A stretch of 64,000 bases of DNA, taken from NCBI RefSeq assembly GCF_963921235.1, contig NC_086108.1, positions 56,546,001 through 56,610,000 of the forward strand. Direction: 5' to 3'. Numbering within the stretch: the first letter of the stretch is position 1; each line of letters opens with the position of its first letter. Made by a program: the position numbers and the translations under genes. The notes beneath the pieces were generated by a model. It was not told the DNA's origin, did not search any database, and saw only the letters and a list, made by a program, of their open reading frames with translations. Below are positions 1-13,730 of this stretch, piece after piece. This DNA comes from Mobula hypostoma. Its lineage: Eukaryota.

Positions 1-1325
1 TTCTGTCTCTGTCTCTGGAGACAGCTTATCCACTGATGTCTACTATAAGCCTACTGACTCTCATAGCTATCTGGACTATTCTTCTTCTCAACCTGTCTCT
101 TGCAAAAACGCCATCCCCTTCTCGCAATTCCTCCATCTCCGCCGCATCTGCTCTCAGGATGAGGCTTTTCATTCTAGGACGAGGGAGATGTCTTCCTTTT
201 TTTAAAGAAAGGGGCTTCCCTTCCTCCACTATCAACTCTGCTCTTAAACGCATCTCCCCCATTTCACGTACATCTGCTCTCACTCCATCCTCCCACCACC
301 CCACTAGGAATAGGGTTCCCCTGGTCCTCACCTACCACCCCACCAGCCTCTGGGTCCAACATATTATTCTCCGTAACTTTCGCCACCTCCAACGGGATCC
401 CACCACTAAGCACATCTTTCCCTCCCCCCCCCTCTGCATTCCACAGGGATCGCTCCCTACACAACTCCCTTGTCCATTCGTCCCCCCCATCCCTCCCCAC
501 TGATCTCCCTCCTGGCACTTATCCGTGTAAGCGGAACAAGTGCTACACATGCCCTTACACTTCCTCCCTTACCACCATTCAGGGCCCCAAACAATCCTTC
601 CAGGTGAGGCATCACTTCACCTGAGAGTCGACTGGGGTGATATACTGCGTCCAGTGCTCCCGATGTGGCCTTTTATATATTGGCGAGACCCGACGCAGAC
701 TGGGAGAACGCTTTGCTGAACATCTACGCTCTGTCCGCCAGAGAAAGCAGGATCTCCCAGTGGCCACACATTTTAATTCCACATCCCATTCCCATTCTGA
801 CATGTCTATCCACGGCCTCCTCTACTGTAAAGATGAAGCCACACTCAGGTTGGAGGAACAACACCTTATATTCCGTCTGGGTAGCCTCCAACCTGATGGC
901 ATGAACATCGACTTCTCTAACTTACGCTAAGGCTCCACCTCCCCCTCGTACCCCATCTGTTACTCATTTTTATGCACACATTCTTTCTCTCACTCTCCTT
1001 TTTCTCCCTCTGTCCCTCTGAATATACCTCTTGCCCATCCTCTGGGTCACCCTCCCCCCTTTGTCTTTCTTCCCGGACCTCCTGTCCCATGATCCTCTCG
1101 TATCCCCTTTTGCCTATCACCTGTCCAGCTCTCGGCTCTATCCCTCCCCCTCCTGTCTTCTCCTATCATTTTGGATCTCCCCCTCCCCCTCCAACTTTCA
1201 AATCCCTTACTCACTCTTCCTTCAGTTAGTCCTGACGAAGGGTCTCGGCCTGAAACGTCGACTGCACCTCTTCCTATAGATGCTGCTTGGCCTGCTGCGT
1301 TCACCAGCAACTTTGATGTATGTTA
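1..1325 (+). mobile_element. Penelope-like retroelement (PLE), 3' part: RT C-terminus, GIY-YIG endonuclease and 3' pseudo-LTR; runs off the left window edge
   Basis: ORF 637..930 has the GIY-YIG signature (IYCVQCSRCGLLYIGETRRRLGERFAEH...LEEQHLIFRLG...GMN). ORF 36..503 contains NRVPLVLTYHP. Frameshifts in C-runs and a stop near 622. The pyrimidine-rich 3' UTR ends in a hammerhead-bearing pLTR. Confidence 0.92.
1227..1264 (+). ncRNA. Minimal type I hammerhead ribozyme motif in the PLE pLTR
   Basis: TAGTC(1227-31) CTGACGA(1232-38) AGG-gtctcgg-CCT GAAA(1252-55) CGTC GACTG(1260-64). It has the CUGANGA and GAAA core boxes, stem II, a palindromic ACGT mini stem III, a GUC triplet and stem I TAGTC/GACTG. 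Confidence 0.8.
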
Positions 1326-2439
1326 CTACAATGGGAGTTGTGTTGTCACAGCTGTTCTTCCCCTGAAAGCTGGGGCCATTACTCAAATCAGGCTAAAATT
1401 CAAAAGACAGTCAGCAAAATCATTACCAGAGGAAGAAGTCAGCTGCTATGACTGGTTATGGCCCATATTTGTGTAATCCATAACCCAAAATAAAGACAAG
1501 CACATCTCTAAACCAATGCTCAAATTTCCCATCCAATATACTCTACCATACAGGCTTCTCGATGGAACAGATGGCCAATGATAAAAGTGATAAAAGGTGA
1601 GCAATGTTTTAAAGGCAGTTGCAACATACGTAAATGTACAGCCAAGGCGTACACTAAGTTATCATTACTTCAAGGAAGGAATAATGAGAGGCAAGGAAGA
1701 GTTCCCATAGAGTGTTAGAACATCAGAAGAAAGCAAATAGGACTGTTCAGGGAGATAAAGACAAAGGAAGCAGAATAAATTGTGCAAATGAAAACACAGA
1801 GGTTGCCCACAACTGAGAACTCATCCATAGCCCAATGAAGAAACTTAGTATCAATGTCTTTGTTTTCAACAATTTACTAGGGTTTTTATCGAAGCTACAT
1901 TTCATTATCTGCATGGACTTAACTGCAGCTCAGCAGATCTTTTAAAAAGTAATTTTTAACATGACTGTGAACCTCAATGAGATTATTATTTTCTATCTAG
2001 TCAAAGTAATTATGACCATAAGGCTATTTAAAATAAACTTTCTGAAACAATTTAAAATGACCAAATCCACAGTTACTTGCCAAGGTTATTGTGGGAGGGG
2101 AAACAGGCATGAGGGCAAGAGTTTTGTTTAAATTTATACTTGAAGGATGTGGCTTTTATTTATATTCAAAAGGGTGGTGGCAGGATGGTGTCTTGTTGTG
2201 GGTGGTTAAAAAACTTCCAAATATACTTTGTCTGAACTACTCTCACTGCAATCTGCAGCCTGCAATTTCGCTTTAACATATTTTTTAATTGTCTTAACGA
2301 ACTAGCGATTTCATGATTTTCTGAAGGACTCAGACTTAACTCACAAGTATGCAGGCTCAGCACCTTTAAGTGAACACAGGAGAGGTAGGGAGGGCAGACT
2401 CCCAGCCAGATTAAAACTGTGAGGCATGAAACTTCCTCT

Positions 2440-4810
2440 ACCCAGCATCTTGTTAGCAAATATACAGTTGCTGGAGAAGCTTAAAGACCCAAGGGCAAGA
2501 TCGCTGTATCAACGGGAAATGAGGGATAGCTGCATTCTCTACTTCAGAGACATAGTTCACTCTGGACAAGATGGATATGGTGGTAAGATTTCAGGGCTTC
2601 TTGATACACAGGATGGACTGGACTGTTCACTCAGAGAAGGCCAAAGGTAAGGGTCTGTGCTTCATGATAAACTCTTCGTTGTGCTCTTGTTCCCCCGATC
2701 TGGAACATAACGATTAAGTCCCATCCGTTCTAGTTACCAAAAGGGGTCTCCTCCGTGATCCTGACCACAGTTTACATACCACCAAAGGCAGCTGTTGATC
2801 AGCCACTCAAAGTATTGATCAACAAACAAGAAACAGCCTACTCTGACACCTTTCAAAACACTGTGGAACTTCAATCAGGCTTTTTTGTACAAACCTCTGC
2901 CTAATACTCCAACATATTACCTGCAGCATCAGGAAGTCCCAACACGCTCAACCATTGTGATACTACAATTAGAAATGCCTACCGTTCCTTGCCCAGACCA
3001 CATTTCTGGAAATCTGATCACTTGGCTCCCATCGTCCTGCCTCCATACAGGCAGAAGCTAAAAAGCAAGGCTCCAGATGCAAGGACAACAGAGGTGATCA
3101 GAGGAGGCAGAGGAGAGGCTACGGGATTGCTTCGAGTTGGTAGAGTGGGCCATGTTCAAGTACTCAGAGGATCTGAACAAATGCACCACAGTCACTGCAG
3201 ACCTTACAAAAACAGTCGTAGACAGGTTTGTCCCGACAAATTCATTCAGAGTCTTCCCTAACGAGAAGCCGTGGATAAACCACATGATCTGCAACCTGCT
3301 GACAGCCAGATCAGTGGCATTCAGGACTGGCAACCATGGGGTCCAGTTACAACCTCTGGAAAGCCATCACATGTGCGAAATGGCAATTCCAGACCAAACT
3401 TGAATCATTAGTCATACTTTATTGATCCCAGGGGGAAATTGGTTTTCGTTACAGTGGCACCATAAATAATAAATAGGCACCATAAATAATATAGTAATAG
3501 AACCATAAATAGTTAATTAGTAATATGTAAATTATGCCAGTGAATTATGAAATAAATCCAGGACCAGCCTATCGGCACAGGGTGTCTGACCCTCCAAGGG
3601 AGGAGTTGTAAAGTTTGATGGCCACAGGCAGGAATGACTTCCTATGACGCTCTGTGCTGCATCTTGGAGGAATGAGTCTCTGGCTGAATGTACTCCTGTG
3701 CCCACCCAGTACATTATGTAGTGGATGAGAGACATTGACCAAGATGGCACGCAAGATGGCATTGTGGCAGAGTTAGAATGTAATCACCTCCTAAAAAGTG
3801 AAACCAAGTGACAGAGGAGATAAGAAGGCTCAACTCCCAGATGAACTCAATGCCTTTTTTGCACACCTCAACCATCAAATCACGAGACAACTTTACAAAC
3901 TCCCACAGACCCTGATAACTGTGATTTCAGTCTCTGAGACCGATGTGAGAGCATCTTAAAAGGAGGGTGAATCAATGGAAAGCATCCGGCCAGACAGGGT
4001 ACCTATGCTGATCAGTGGTATCCATAGCCTCTCGCTTTGCCAGTCTGAGGTACCCACCTGCTTCAAACAGGCTTCAATTATACCTGTGCCTAAGTAGTAC
4101 ATGATAACCTGTCTAAATGACAATCATCCAGTAGCACCTACATCTACGCTAACAAAGTGCTTTGACAGGCTAGTGATGAAACATGTTAACTTCTGCCCCA
4201 GAAGAGACTTGCTGCTGCTCCAATTTGCCTACCCTCACAACAGTTTAACAGCAGACTCCATTTCATTAGTTTTTTTACTCAACCCTGGAACATCTGGACA
4301 GCAAAGATGCATACATCAGGATGCTCTTTATTGACAATAGCTTGGCATTTAATACTATCATCCCCTCAAAACTAATCAATACACTTCAAGAACTAGGCCT
4401 CAATACATCCTTGTGCAACTGGATCCTTGATTTCTTCACTTACAGACCCTAGTAATTTCAGTTTGGTAACAACTCCACCACAATTTCCATCAGTACAGGT
4501 GCACCACAAGGCTGCATGCTTAGCCCTCTACTCTACTTGCTTTATACTTATGGCTGTAGGGCTATAGTACAGCCCCAATGCCATTCTTCAGCTTGCCGAT
4601 GACATCACTATTGTTGGCCAAATCAACGGTGGTAATGAATCAGCATACAGGAGGGAGATTGAAAGTCTGACTGAGTTGTGCCACAACAACCTCACACTCA
4701 ACATCAGCAACACCAAGGAGTTGATTATTGACTTCAGGAGGAGGAATCTGAATGTCCATGAGTCAGTTCTCATCAGGGGATCAGAGGTGGAAAGGAAAGA
4801 GACTTTGACT
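2440..4810 (+). mobile_element. Degenerate Rex1/Babar-type LINE (APE endonuclease + RT fragments)
   Basis: Fragments LLANIQLLEK..YQREMRDSCIL, KSDHLAPIVLPPYRQKLK, FPNEKPWIN, CLNDNHPVAPTS..KCFDRLVMKH; many stops and frameshifts. Confidence 0.85.
3408..3762 (-). mobile_element. 5'-truncated Rex1-like LINE 3' end nested in the 2.4-4.8 kb LINE
   Basis: HPLHNVL..RSTFSQRLIPPRCSTERHRKSFLPVAIKLYNSS C-terminus; near-identical to 28700-29010. Confidence 0.85.
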
Positions 4811-6111
4811 TTGCTAATCAACTACAGACACCCCATAGCTTGAACAGCCATTTCCAATTCAATTTCCAAGAATTCTCTAATGCTCTGATAAACTTATGGA
4901 AAATGCGGGACACTTGCTAACAATATTTTTAAGGCTATGTGTTGCAGTTGACACCATTGTCTCTGAACTGCGAAGAATTTCACCCTGGGAGGTACAAGGG
5001 AACAACTGCAAATAAAAAGTGCACGGTCGGATGAACGCTGACTCACTGATTAATGAGAAATTGCTAATATATCCAGCTGTGCCACTACTCCATGCAATAG
5101 TAATGCACAAGCTTATTGGAAAAGCTGTGCAGCCAGTTCACGGAGAAAACGAGCTTTACTTTAGCAAAGCCATTTAATTTACTGCAATGCCACAGCCAGA
5201 TCTCAACAATGTGTATGGCTTGAACATCTGGTACCATCTGCTCAATGCTTTTCACTAATTTACTAGCTGTTGGTGACAGGAAGGGAACAGAAGCTCCATT
5301 TTCATATTCACTTTTACCTGACCTGCTGAAACTGGCATTTGTTGTACCAACTTTACTGTGTTACATTCATTCTAGGTCGAGTTACAATAGAAGCTGACTA
5401 TCACAACACTCTCTCTCTCCCCCTCCCCCCCACAGTTCCCTCCTGACACAAACTTCCAGGATTTTCAGTTGATATTTTAGACCTTCAATATTCATAGCAT
5501 TTTGCTTCAACTCCTGAGAAAGTGGCTTTCTTTTATGGTGCATATCCACCAAAACACATGGCCCAATGTCTCACTCCCAAAAAGGCAAGCTGTTCAGGAA
5601 CATTTAAATTCGGTAGTTTATATCACATGAAATCAAAACTAACACCTATGATCCTTGCATTGAAACATTCTCCGCCCCCCCTTTACTTGACCCTAACTCT
5701 GATTTGCTTGGTCATATTATTTTGATATTGAAGAGGTGAATTAGAGGCATAGTCTTTTTACTTTCCTGCAGAGAAATATACCTGCCACAATGTTAGTGGC
5801 ACCAACTCCAGAAGAAATTGAAATGTATCCACCATGCAGCAGATCGCAGCACGGCGAGGGGCATGATTTATGCAATCACTGTGTTTATACACACACACAA
5901 AATCCTGAGATGCAAACCTAAAAGACAACCTGGTGAGTGGTGAGGGGGAGAGGTAATCAAATCATCACAAGATCTTGAATGATTTTAACACTTTCCAATG
6001 TGAACAAGGGAGAACAAATCACCTGCAGCACCTCCCCACCTAATGGTCTAACTGTTTATTATCTAGGCTGACCCAAATGGAATATTAAATAGGAGCTGTA
6101 ACTATACTTAC

Positions 6112-6214
6112 TTTTGACTCCAATTTCTGCTTTACATAAGCTCCATTGGCAGCTGTTAATACATCATTTGTAAGAATGTATCCATATCCAAATGAATCAA
6201 ATGCCATATCAGAA
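6112..6214 (-). CDS. SLC35D1: SLC35D1 coding exon 7 (103 nt; [34 protein letters not shown])
   Basis: Acceptor ttttctttcag, donor AAA|gtaagt. The peptide matches vertebrate SLC35D1 ([28 protein letters not shown]); phase 2 to phase 0. Confidence 0.95.
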
Positions 6215-7089
6215 CTGAAAGAAAATGCAGAACAGTGTTTCTCTTTTCATTTTGCACATTAAAACAAAGATATCTACAAACTATATTCCTAAAGTTTAAT
6301 CATGTAAGTTCAAAAACATTGGCACATACTTCAGAATTCAAAGCTCACTTATTTCACACAATGAAATGCAAAGTACCACCGGCTAAACCTGTTTGCCTGT
6401 TTTCCCCCCAATATGATTTAAGTAGCTTTTTAATATTCAATTCTCTCCACCATTTGGTTGTTATCAAGTATTCACTATTTTGCTATCCATGTAGTCATGA
6501 GAAAGAGGGAAATTGGGGCTTGATTGAAAGACAGGTACACAGTCAAGTATGACTGACTTTAAATTGATGTAATAGAAATTTTGTCATCCATTTCTCCTCA
6601 TTTCTTCTGTCCACACCATTTGTGCACAATTCTGCAGTGATCCAGAATTTTGTGGGTCCAGATATTTGTATGCTTTGAATGTGATCAAGACACACATCAC
6701 TGGGTTAGGGTTGAAAGTTGTCAGAGTCATACCATGGTTGGGGTCTGCTGACTGTTGCTGCTTTTAGACAAGCTAAATATGATAGCCTTTGGCTAATTCC
6801 CAAAAAGGTAGTGCAAGAGATCAAGACTAGAATTATTGTCTATTCTTCTCATATCCGCTAATCATAGAACCTAATTTTCCGTGAAGTGTTGTGGAAAAAC
6901 AGCAAACATTTAAGACTTAAAATTAGCAGGGAGTTTGAAAATATTGCAGAGAAGTCAAAACTCTGTGTAATGGACTGGAATAGTATAGTGGAACTGGACG
7001 TGATTTGAAGAAAAATGGAAAAACTGAAGGGCCAAATAGCCTGCTCCAATGGCATAACACATTACAATTTTATCAATTATAAATCTTAC

Positions 7090-7158
7090 CTGGCAGCAAT
7101 AAACGCACCAAGCAACATTGCAAATACAGTCATCTGAACAGAGCGGGAGAATTTCTTA
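7090..7158 (-). CDS. SLC35D1: SLC35D1 coding exon 6 (69 nt; KKFSRSVQMTVFAMLLGAFIAA)
   Basis: Acceptor tgtttgcag, donor CAG|gtaaga; matches MTVFAMIIGAFVAAS; phases consistent with flanking exons. Confidence 0.95.
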
Positions 7159-9999
7159 CTGCAAACAGATGAAAAAGGGTTAAGTTTAGTTTCGCAAAAA
7201 ATAAGGTAATGTACAAATGCCAACTATTAAGATCAACTGGCACCATTCAACTGGGCACTGGAAAAACAGAACGCAACAAAATCAAAGTTAAACATTGCAC
7301 AATGAAAGCTGGAACCTTGAAATAAATAAAATGCTGGAAACAGATTGGTAGCAACTGTGAAGCAATTTTAATCCACTGAACTACTCAGCAATAATAAATG
7401 ATTTATGCAGCAACATTTCCACCTACCAAAAACTCTCCAATTATATAACAGAAATTAAAACAAGATTCTTTCAAATATTGTTTCATTAAACCCTAATCAA
7501 AGATACAGGATCCAAGAGCATTTTGAAAGTATCATTTCAATTAACTGGTGAAGAAATGTGGTAAGTTTTTCATGCAGTCTAAACAAGTGCTTAACGGCAT
7601 TATCCAAATAAATGTATAATTTCTCATTGATTTTTCCATATTTGTAACAAGCACTTCCTCAAGCAGCCATTCCCATTCCACCTGAACTAGCCGAATCCAT
7701 GTTCACTTGGCTTCATTTAATATTGCAACATTTTCTCAGAAATCAGACTGGCAAAAATATATACACTGTAACCACTGAGGACAGTTTTATTTTTTTTTAA
7801 AAGTGTCCATTCAACTTGGAAATCTCTTTAAAATGGCAAGCTGCTAAAGACTGGGTTAGGGAAGTAATTTAATCATCCTACTAAAGAAATCTTTAAAAAG
7901 CTAAAAGGTTGCGTTAACAATAACTCAGGTGGCTTGATTATTATGGATTACATTACAGCTATGCAGAGCTTTGATTATACACCATTACACATCAATTTCA
8001 GCCTTGGAGGGTGTAGCAGGTTTACCAGAATGATTCTGGGATCCCAAGTGTTAAATTACAAAGACCATATAAGAGTGGCTAGGTTATAGAAGGGGCAATC
8101 TAATGACGATGTTTATGATAGGATTTTATAGCACAGAAAGTGATAAATTATTTCCTCTGGCACCACTGATCAGAATAAGGAAGCCCTCCCTACCTTAGTA
8201 AAAGAGCTGGAGTGACAAGCCTTGATTGAAAAAGTACTATTTAATACAAATGGGGAGGAAACATTTGGAACTCATTCCTTTGAATCGCTTGGGGCTAAGT
8301 GTGCAAAAAACAACTTTACAAAAATGATTTTTCTTCCTTTGTGTAAAAACAAGGACAACCGAATAAATGCAGATGGGAAATGTTTAGGTACAAAATAGCC
8401 AGTAGTTAACTGTGTGGCAGGATCCTGACTATAGAGCTGCTGCAATCTATACCTTTCTGCTAATCCAATTTTGGAAAACAAAACACTCTGAAAGCCCTAT
8501 GGTTCTAATGATGTAACATGTTTACTAATCACTATTCATTACAGCACAGAAAGTAACAGGAATTTCCACGGAAGGCAGAATTAAATGTGGCACTCAGTAA
8601 ATCAGGCCAAGCTGTCAGTAATTCTCCGCCCTTCTCATGGAAAACCTTTTTCTACAGGCATGTCCACAGGAATGTTCAGAAAGCAGTGATCAATATTTAT
8701 GAGCTATTTTTGCTGTAAAATCCCCACAGATCTGCTGAATAAGCCACTGGGTTTTCAACAAACATTTTAAAAACCTGTAACAGGCCCAAACATACTGCAC
8801 TGTTTATAATTCCTTGAAATTTAATACCTCAAAATAAAAACATTGCCATTTCAGCATTACTATGCACTCATGTACACTCTAATCTTTCCAGTCTCTATGT
8901 CATGTTCTGTAAAACATGTTCAAAAATTGCTTTTTTTTGCTTGCAGTTTGCTCCCCAAGAAATCCTCAATTCTGTTTGAATACTCCTTGTAGTCTGTGAT
9001 GTCATCTTTGTTGCTGAATGAAAAGCTCTACTAGAAACCAATACTTAACTACGGCTGTGAAAAAAAGGAAAGTCCAAAAGTTTCACGGTGGGCATCTTTT
9101 TAATTCAAGGTTCATTGTTTCACCAGTGATCTTATCAAGGCTAACAAAACAAGGTCCAATTGTTTCAGCATTAGAGTACAAGCCAAAGCAGCTATCATTT
9201 ACCCACCTCCTCAAAATATTGTATTGTTTTTTTCTACAGAAGCTACATCATAGCAAGACTCAGGCATCAGGACACAGTGGCCAAAACTATCAAACCAGGA
9301 CATCCAAGCCTACAGTGCATTTGCAAACTTAAGTGGAAGTGTATTAATATATTATGAAATTATATCAGCAAGAAATCCACAGCATCTGAGCAAAAAAAAG
9401 CAGCCTATATCCATCTAAAACTTCCAAAGCATCAAGTAGTCCACAGATAATGGAAAATAATACTTAAAACTAACATGACTACTTGGATCAAGCTAGTTCA
9501 TCACCACAGAATTTTTTGCAGGCTGTTTCACTGCACGCAAAAGGTCCAAAAAAGTGTGGCATCACCAAATGCAGTCATGACCAGACATTTGATAACTTCA
9601 CTGCAATTAAATCATCATGTGGCAGATATAACAAGACTCAATAGTTTGAAAACCAGGAAGAGAACAGCGACCCAGAAATCACCACTTAATCAGCCTGCTG
9701 AGCCATCTAAAAACCTGGAAAGTTGAAACCTACTGCCTTCAATACCACCACCTTAACACCCTGATTGTTCAGAAGAATTCTAATCACCATCAAAACATAT
9801 TCTCCAAGCTTAAACGAAAAAATACTGCAAAACATCAATCTCCATGGATGCGGAAAATAATTTAGAAAGGTGATCAAAACAAGAGCAAAACAATTAGTTT
9901 TGATGGACACCAGTTTTTAGTTTTAGCTGAACATCACTTGGGATTTGGGGGGAGCCAGCAAAGGTTCAGAATTAGCTCTGATAGGAAGCAGAGGGAGAC

Positions 10000-11310
10000 G
10001 TCTGAAGGTTAATTACCCAACTGGAGTTCAGTGATTAATAGGGTGCTCTAGGGGGTCATATTAGGACCTCATTTCTTAAGTAAATGATTTGGCTATGAAT
10101 CTATATGCACAATTTGCAAGTTTGCTGATAATACTAAATTAGGGGGTATTGTTGACAATGAAGCAGGTTACAATGAATTAAAAAATCTTGGATCGGTTAG
10201 GGATAGAGGCTGAGGAACAGCAAATGGATTTTAACTTGGATAAGGGTGAGGTGATGCATTTTGGAGATTCAAACTAGAATAGGACTTGCATAGTGAATGG
10301 CAAGACAATGACAGATGCTGTGGAACGGAGGGACCTGGGAGAATAAGTGCACAGTTCACTGAAAGCAGCCATTCAAATGGCCAGGAAAACATTTATAGCA
10401 CACTGGCTTTCACCAGACAGAGCATCCCATCATTTAGGAGTACGAACATTATGTTGCACTTAAATAAGTCTTTGGTGAGGTCGCACTTGGAGTACTGAGT
10501 AGACCTGTTATAAGACAGACATTGTCAAGCTGGAAAGGATGCTGAAAAGATTTATGAAGATGCTGCCTGAACTAGCAGCCTGAGTTGATAGGAAAAGGCT
10601 GTCCATGCTGGGTCTTTATTTCCTGGAGCACAGGAGAATGAGGACAGAAGTTTATAAAGTAAGGAGGGATATGAGCAAGGTGGACATTCAGTCTTTTACA
10701 CAAAATTAGAGGACACAGATAAAAGATCATTCATTCGTTACGTGCTGTGATGCATGATGCAAGCCATCATGGCACTTCCACGACCATGATAATTTCTTGG
10801 TAATTTTTCAGTGGTTTGCCATTGCCTTCTTCTGGGCAGTGTCTTTACAAGACAGGTGACCCCAGCCATCCTCAATACTCATCAGTGTATTGATGCATAA
10901 CCAAAGGTCGCATAAACAGGACTAGTGATACTCACCAGCTGCTCATACGACCATCCACCACCTGCTCCCATGGCTTCAGGCAACCCTGATCGGTGAGCTA
11001 AGCGGGCACTATACCTTGCCAACAGGTGACCTACAACCTAGTGGAATGAAGGAAAACCTTACACCTCCCTTGGTAGAGGTACCTCCACTCCACCACCCAT
11101 AGATACAAGATAAGAAGAGATTTAAAAGAGACTTGAGCAGTATCTGAGGAAGTGAGCAAGGCAAGCACAATTACAATATAAAAGGTATTTGGATAGCTAC
11201 ATGGAGATGAGGGGCATGAAGGCTTATGGGCCAAACACAGGCAAATGGAACTAGGAGGGAGGACACAGGTGGTCCTGAGGGTCCTTTTCTGTGCTGGATT
11301 ACTCTAGGAC
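10000..11310 (+). mobile_element. Degenerate CR1 LINE 3' part, interrupted by an RTE-type insertion
   Basis: RT remnants (KFADNTKLGG-like, KSLVRSHLEY) and a CR1 3' UTR that resumes after 11111. Confidence 0.8.
10728..11100 (-). mobile_element. Short non-autonomous retroposon with RTE-like 3' tail inserted in CR1
   Basis: Flanked by a near-perfect TSD, agataaaagat (10717-27) / agatacaagat (11101-11), with a (GAAT)n-like tail at the left end. The RTE assignment is from recalled resemblance only. Confidence 0.6.
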
Positions 11311-11903
11311 TTTATCCAATGGAGAGATCACAATTTTTGCCAAGTTCTTTCTCATTAATAAGCATGACTCCAGGGTTTACTGTTCAACTAATTCTGCTGT
11401 AAAACCAGGACAAAGAACAGGAACTTGGTCAGTTTTCTAGTCTTAATAGCACAAATATCCTCAAAACCTTACAACAGGCAACTCAAAATGTATAGAGGCC
11501 CCCAAATATTAAGGGAAAAATGGACATAGCAACAGCTAAACTTCAGTGTGTTGACAAAAGCAAAATTAAGATCAGCACAAATTCCAGAGCACAATTTTCC
11601 AAGCATATTAATATCACCATCAGGTCACAAGTCAGCATTAACATCAATCACCAGTTTATAAACCACAGTGGCTCAACTGCAAGGCAAATTTGGGGAGAAG
11701 TGAAACTTAAGGTTAGAGTTATGAGTTGTGAGCATGTTATGTTGGTGCTGGAAGTGTAGCAACACTTATGGAATGGCCAACATGGCCCTCACAGGTTTTC
11801 ACTGTATGCTTTTATGTACATGCAACAAATAAAGCTAAACTTTCTTTTACAAAGTCTCAGTCACATTTAAAAGCCTTTATTATTCCAGCACATGACTATC
11901 TGA

Positions 11904-12153
11904 GCAACACACATCGAAGTTGCTGGTGAACGCAGCAGGCCAGGCAGCATCTCTAGGAAGAGGTACAGTCAACGTTTCAGGCCGAGACCCTTCGTCAGGA
12001 CTAACTGAAGGAAGAGTTAGTAAAAGATTTGAAATCTCGGCCTGAAACATCGACTGTACCTCTTCCTAGAGATGCTGCCTGGCCTGCTGCGTTCACCAGC
12101 AACTTCGATGTGTGTTGCTTGAAGTTCCAGCATCTGCAGAATTCCTGTTGTTT
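11904..12153. mobile_element. Fold-back mini-PLE (inverted pLTR pair) with a hammerhead on the minus strand
   Basis: Arms gcaacacacatcgaag...ccgaga and tctcgg...tgtgttgc are inverted copies. TSD-like acatgactatctga (11890-903) / acatgaccatctaa (12154-67). Confidence 0.88.
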
Positions 12154-12334
12154 ACATGACCATCTAACCTGGTCATACAACACTAATCAAACTTTGAGCC
12201 TGCAAGACTTTGAATAGAGCTATAAAAAAAATTGCAGAATGCCTCACACTGTATAATCCACTACATACTTGTATTTATAGAAAAAGATTTCTGAACTCTG
12301 AAGATAACAAATCCGTCATTAATGTTTTCATAAA

Positions 12335-12700
12335 ACAGCCCGCATAATCAAAGACACCCTCCACACCAGACACCCTCTCTTCCAACAAACAGCAGATACA
12401 AAAGCCTGAAAGCAGAGCACCAGGCTAAAGAACAGCTTCTATGCCATTATAAACTGATTAAATAATTCCTTTATATGATAAATTGGAGTCTCAACCTCAC
12501 AATCTAACTCATTATGATCTTGCACCTAATTGTTTAGCTGCAATGCACTCTCTCTGAAGCTGCTACCCTATTCTGGATAGTTATCGTTTTACCTTGTTTT
12601 GCCTCAATACACTATGTAACGACCTGATCTGTGTCAACAATATGCAAGGCAATCTTTTCACTATCTTGGTACATGCATGTGACAATTATAAACCAATTCC
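12335..12700 (+). mobile_element. Old Rex1/L2-like LINE 3' fragment
   Basis: Remnant of the ..IIKD..HP..LF..GRRYKSLKA..RLKNSF.. terminus and a typical 3' UTR ending gacaattataaaccaattcc. Confidence 0.6.
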
Positions 12701-12959
12701 AATTATTGCTGCAAGAGGAAAGGATGCAACATATTGCACGTACAATGTTTGCAGATTGACAGCAAAATGGCAATACTTAGTGATATTCAAAAAATTATCC
12801 AAGTAGTCAACAATCAATCACAAATTGCATCTATACACCAAGATGAAAACCAAGTTGTATTTTTGGTGTTACAGAAGCATCCCAAGGAGTTTCACTGGAA
12901 TATTTTGAATAAAATTAATATCAGAATGTTATTTTTGAAATAAAGAGGGCATGAATAAG

Positions 12960-13730
12960 GACTAACAGAGACTCCTTCGCTTGCAGCTCTGGAAACAGCT
13001 CTACTTCTAACTTTAATATCTCTATTTTTCCTTTTCAGGGTTCTTTTAAAGACCCTAACCTGGAGTTATACACTGACTTTGGTTCTTTGCGGGAATGGGA
13101 CTGTTCTCAGGGTCTCACGACTGGCCATTATTCGATATACCAAGGACCTGGCCTAGAAGAATACCTAGACGAGGTTGCCTTTGGAGTTTCTTGATTTTGT
13201 GGCTCTGGAGGCTGGTGGATTCAAGGTCGGTGCCTCTGCAGGAAATCGGTGTGCCATGGGAGAAGGAAGATCTTTGGCTGTGTGCTTGGAGACCCGAGTT
13301 CTTTGGGCACAGAGCTCGGAAAAAGTGATGCAACTGACTTTTAACATTGTAAATCAGTGAGTTGTTTATTATGTCTCTCCTCTCGCTGTGAAACAGAGGC
13401 ACCTCTTTTTCCCTTATTAGGGAGAGAGAGAGCCTGTGGTGTGTTGAATTACCGGGTGAATGAGTAGTCTGGGATAATGCAAATCTGTGTTTTTATTGCA
13501 AGCTTGAGTGTTCGGTGGGGGGCACTGATGCTTTTTTTTTGCTGGTGGGGGAGGGGGGATCGTTGCTTTGCTGATGCCTATTGTGGGTGGAGGCTTTGGG
13601 GTTCTAACATTTAACTGTCATTCATTCTTTGGGACACTCGTCCATTTTCGTGGATGGTTGTGAAGAAAAAGAATTTCAGGCTGTATATTGTATACACTTC
13701 CCTGACATTAAATGTACCTTTGAAACCTCT
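12960..13730 (+). repeat. Unclassified interspersed repeat, probably a non-autonomous retroposon
   Basis: GC-richer block ending in a LINE-like tail gacattaaatgtacctttgaaac; no coding remnant recognised. Confidence 0.4.

Noticed and set aside
1330..2430. SLC35D1 exon 8 (ELGKYGLLYYN..)
   Set aside because: No matching peptide found by eye; probably lies left of the window.
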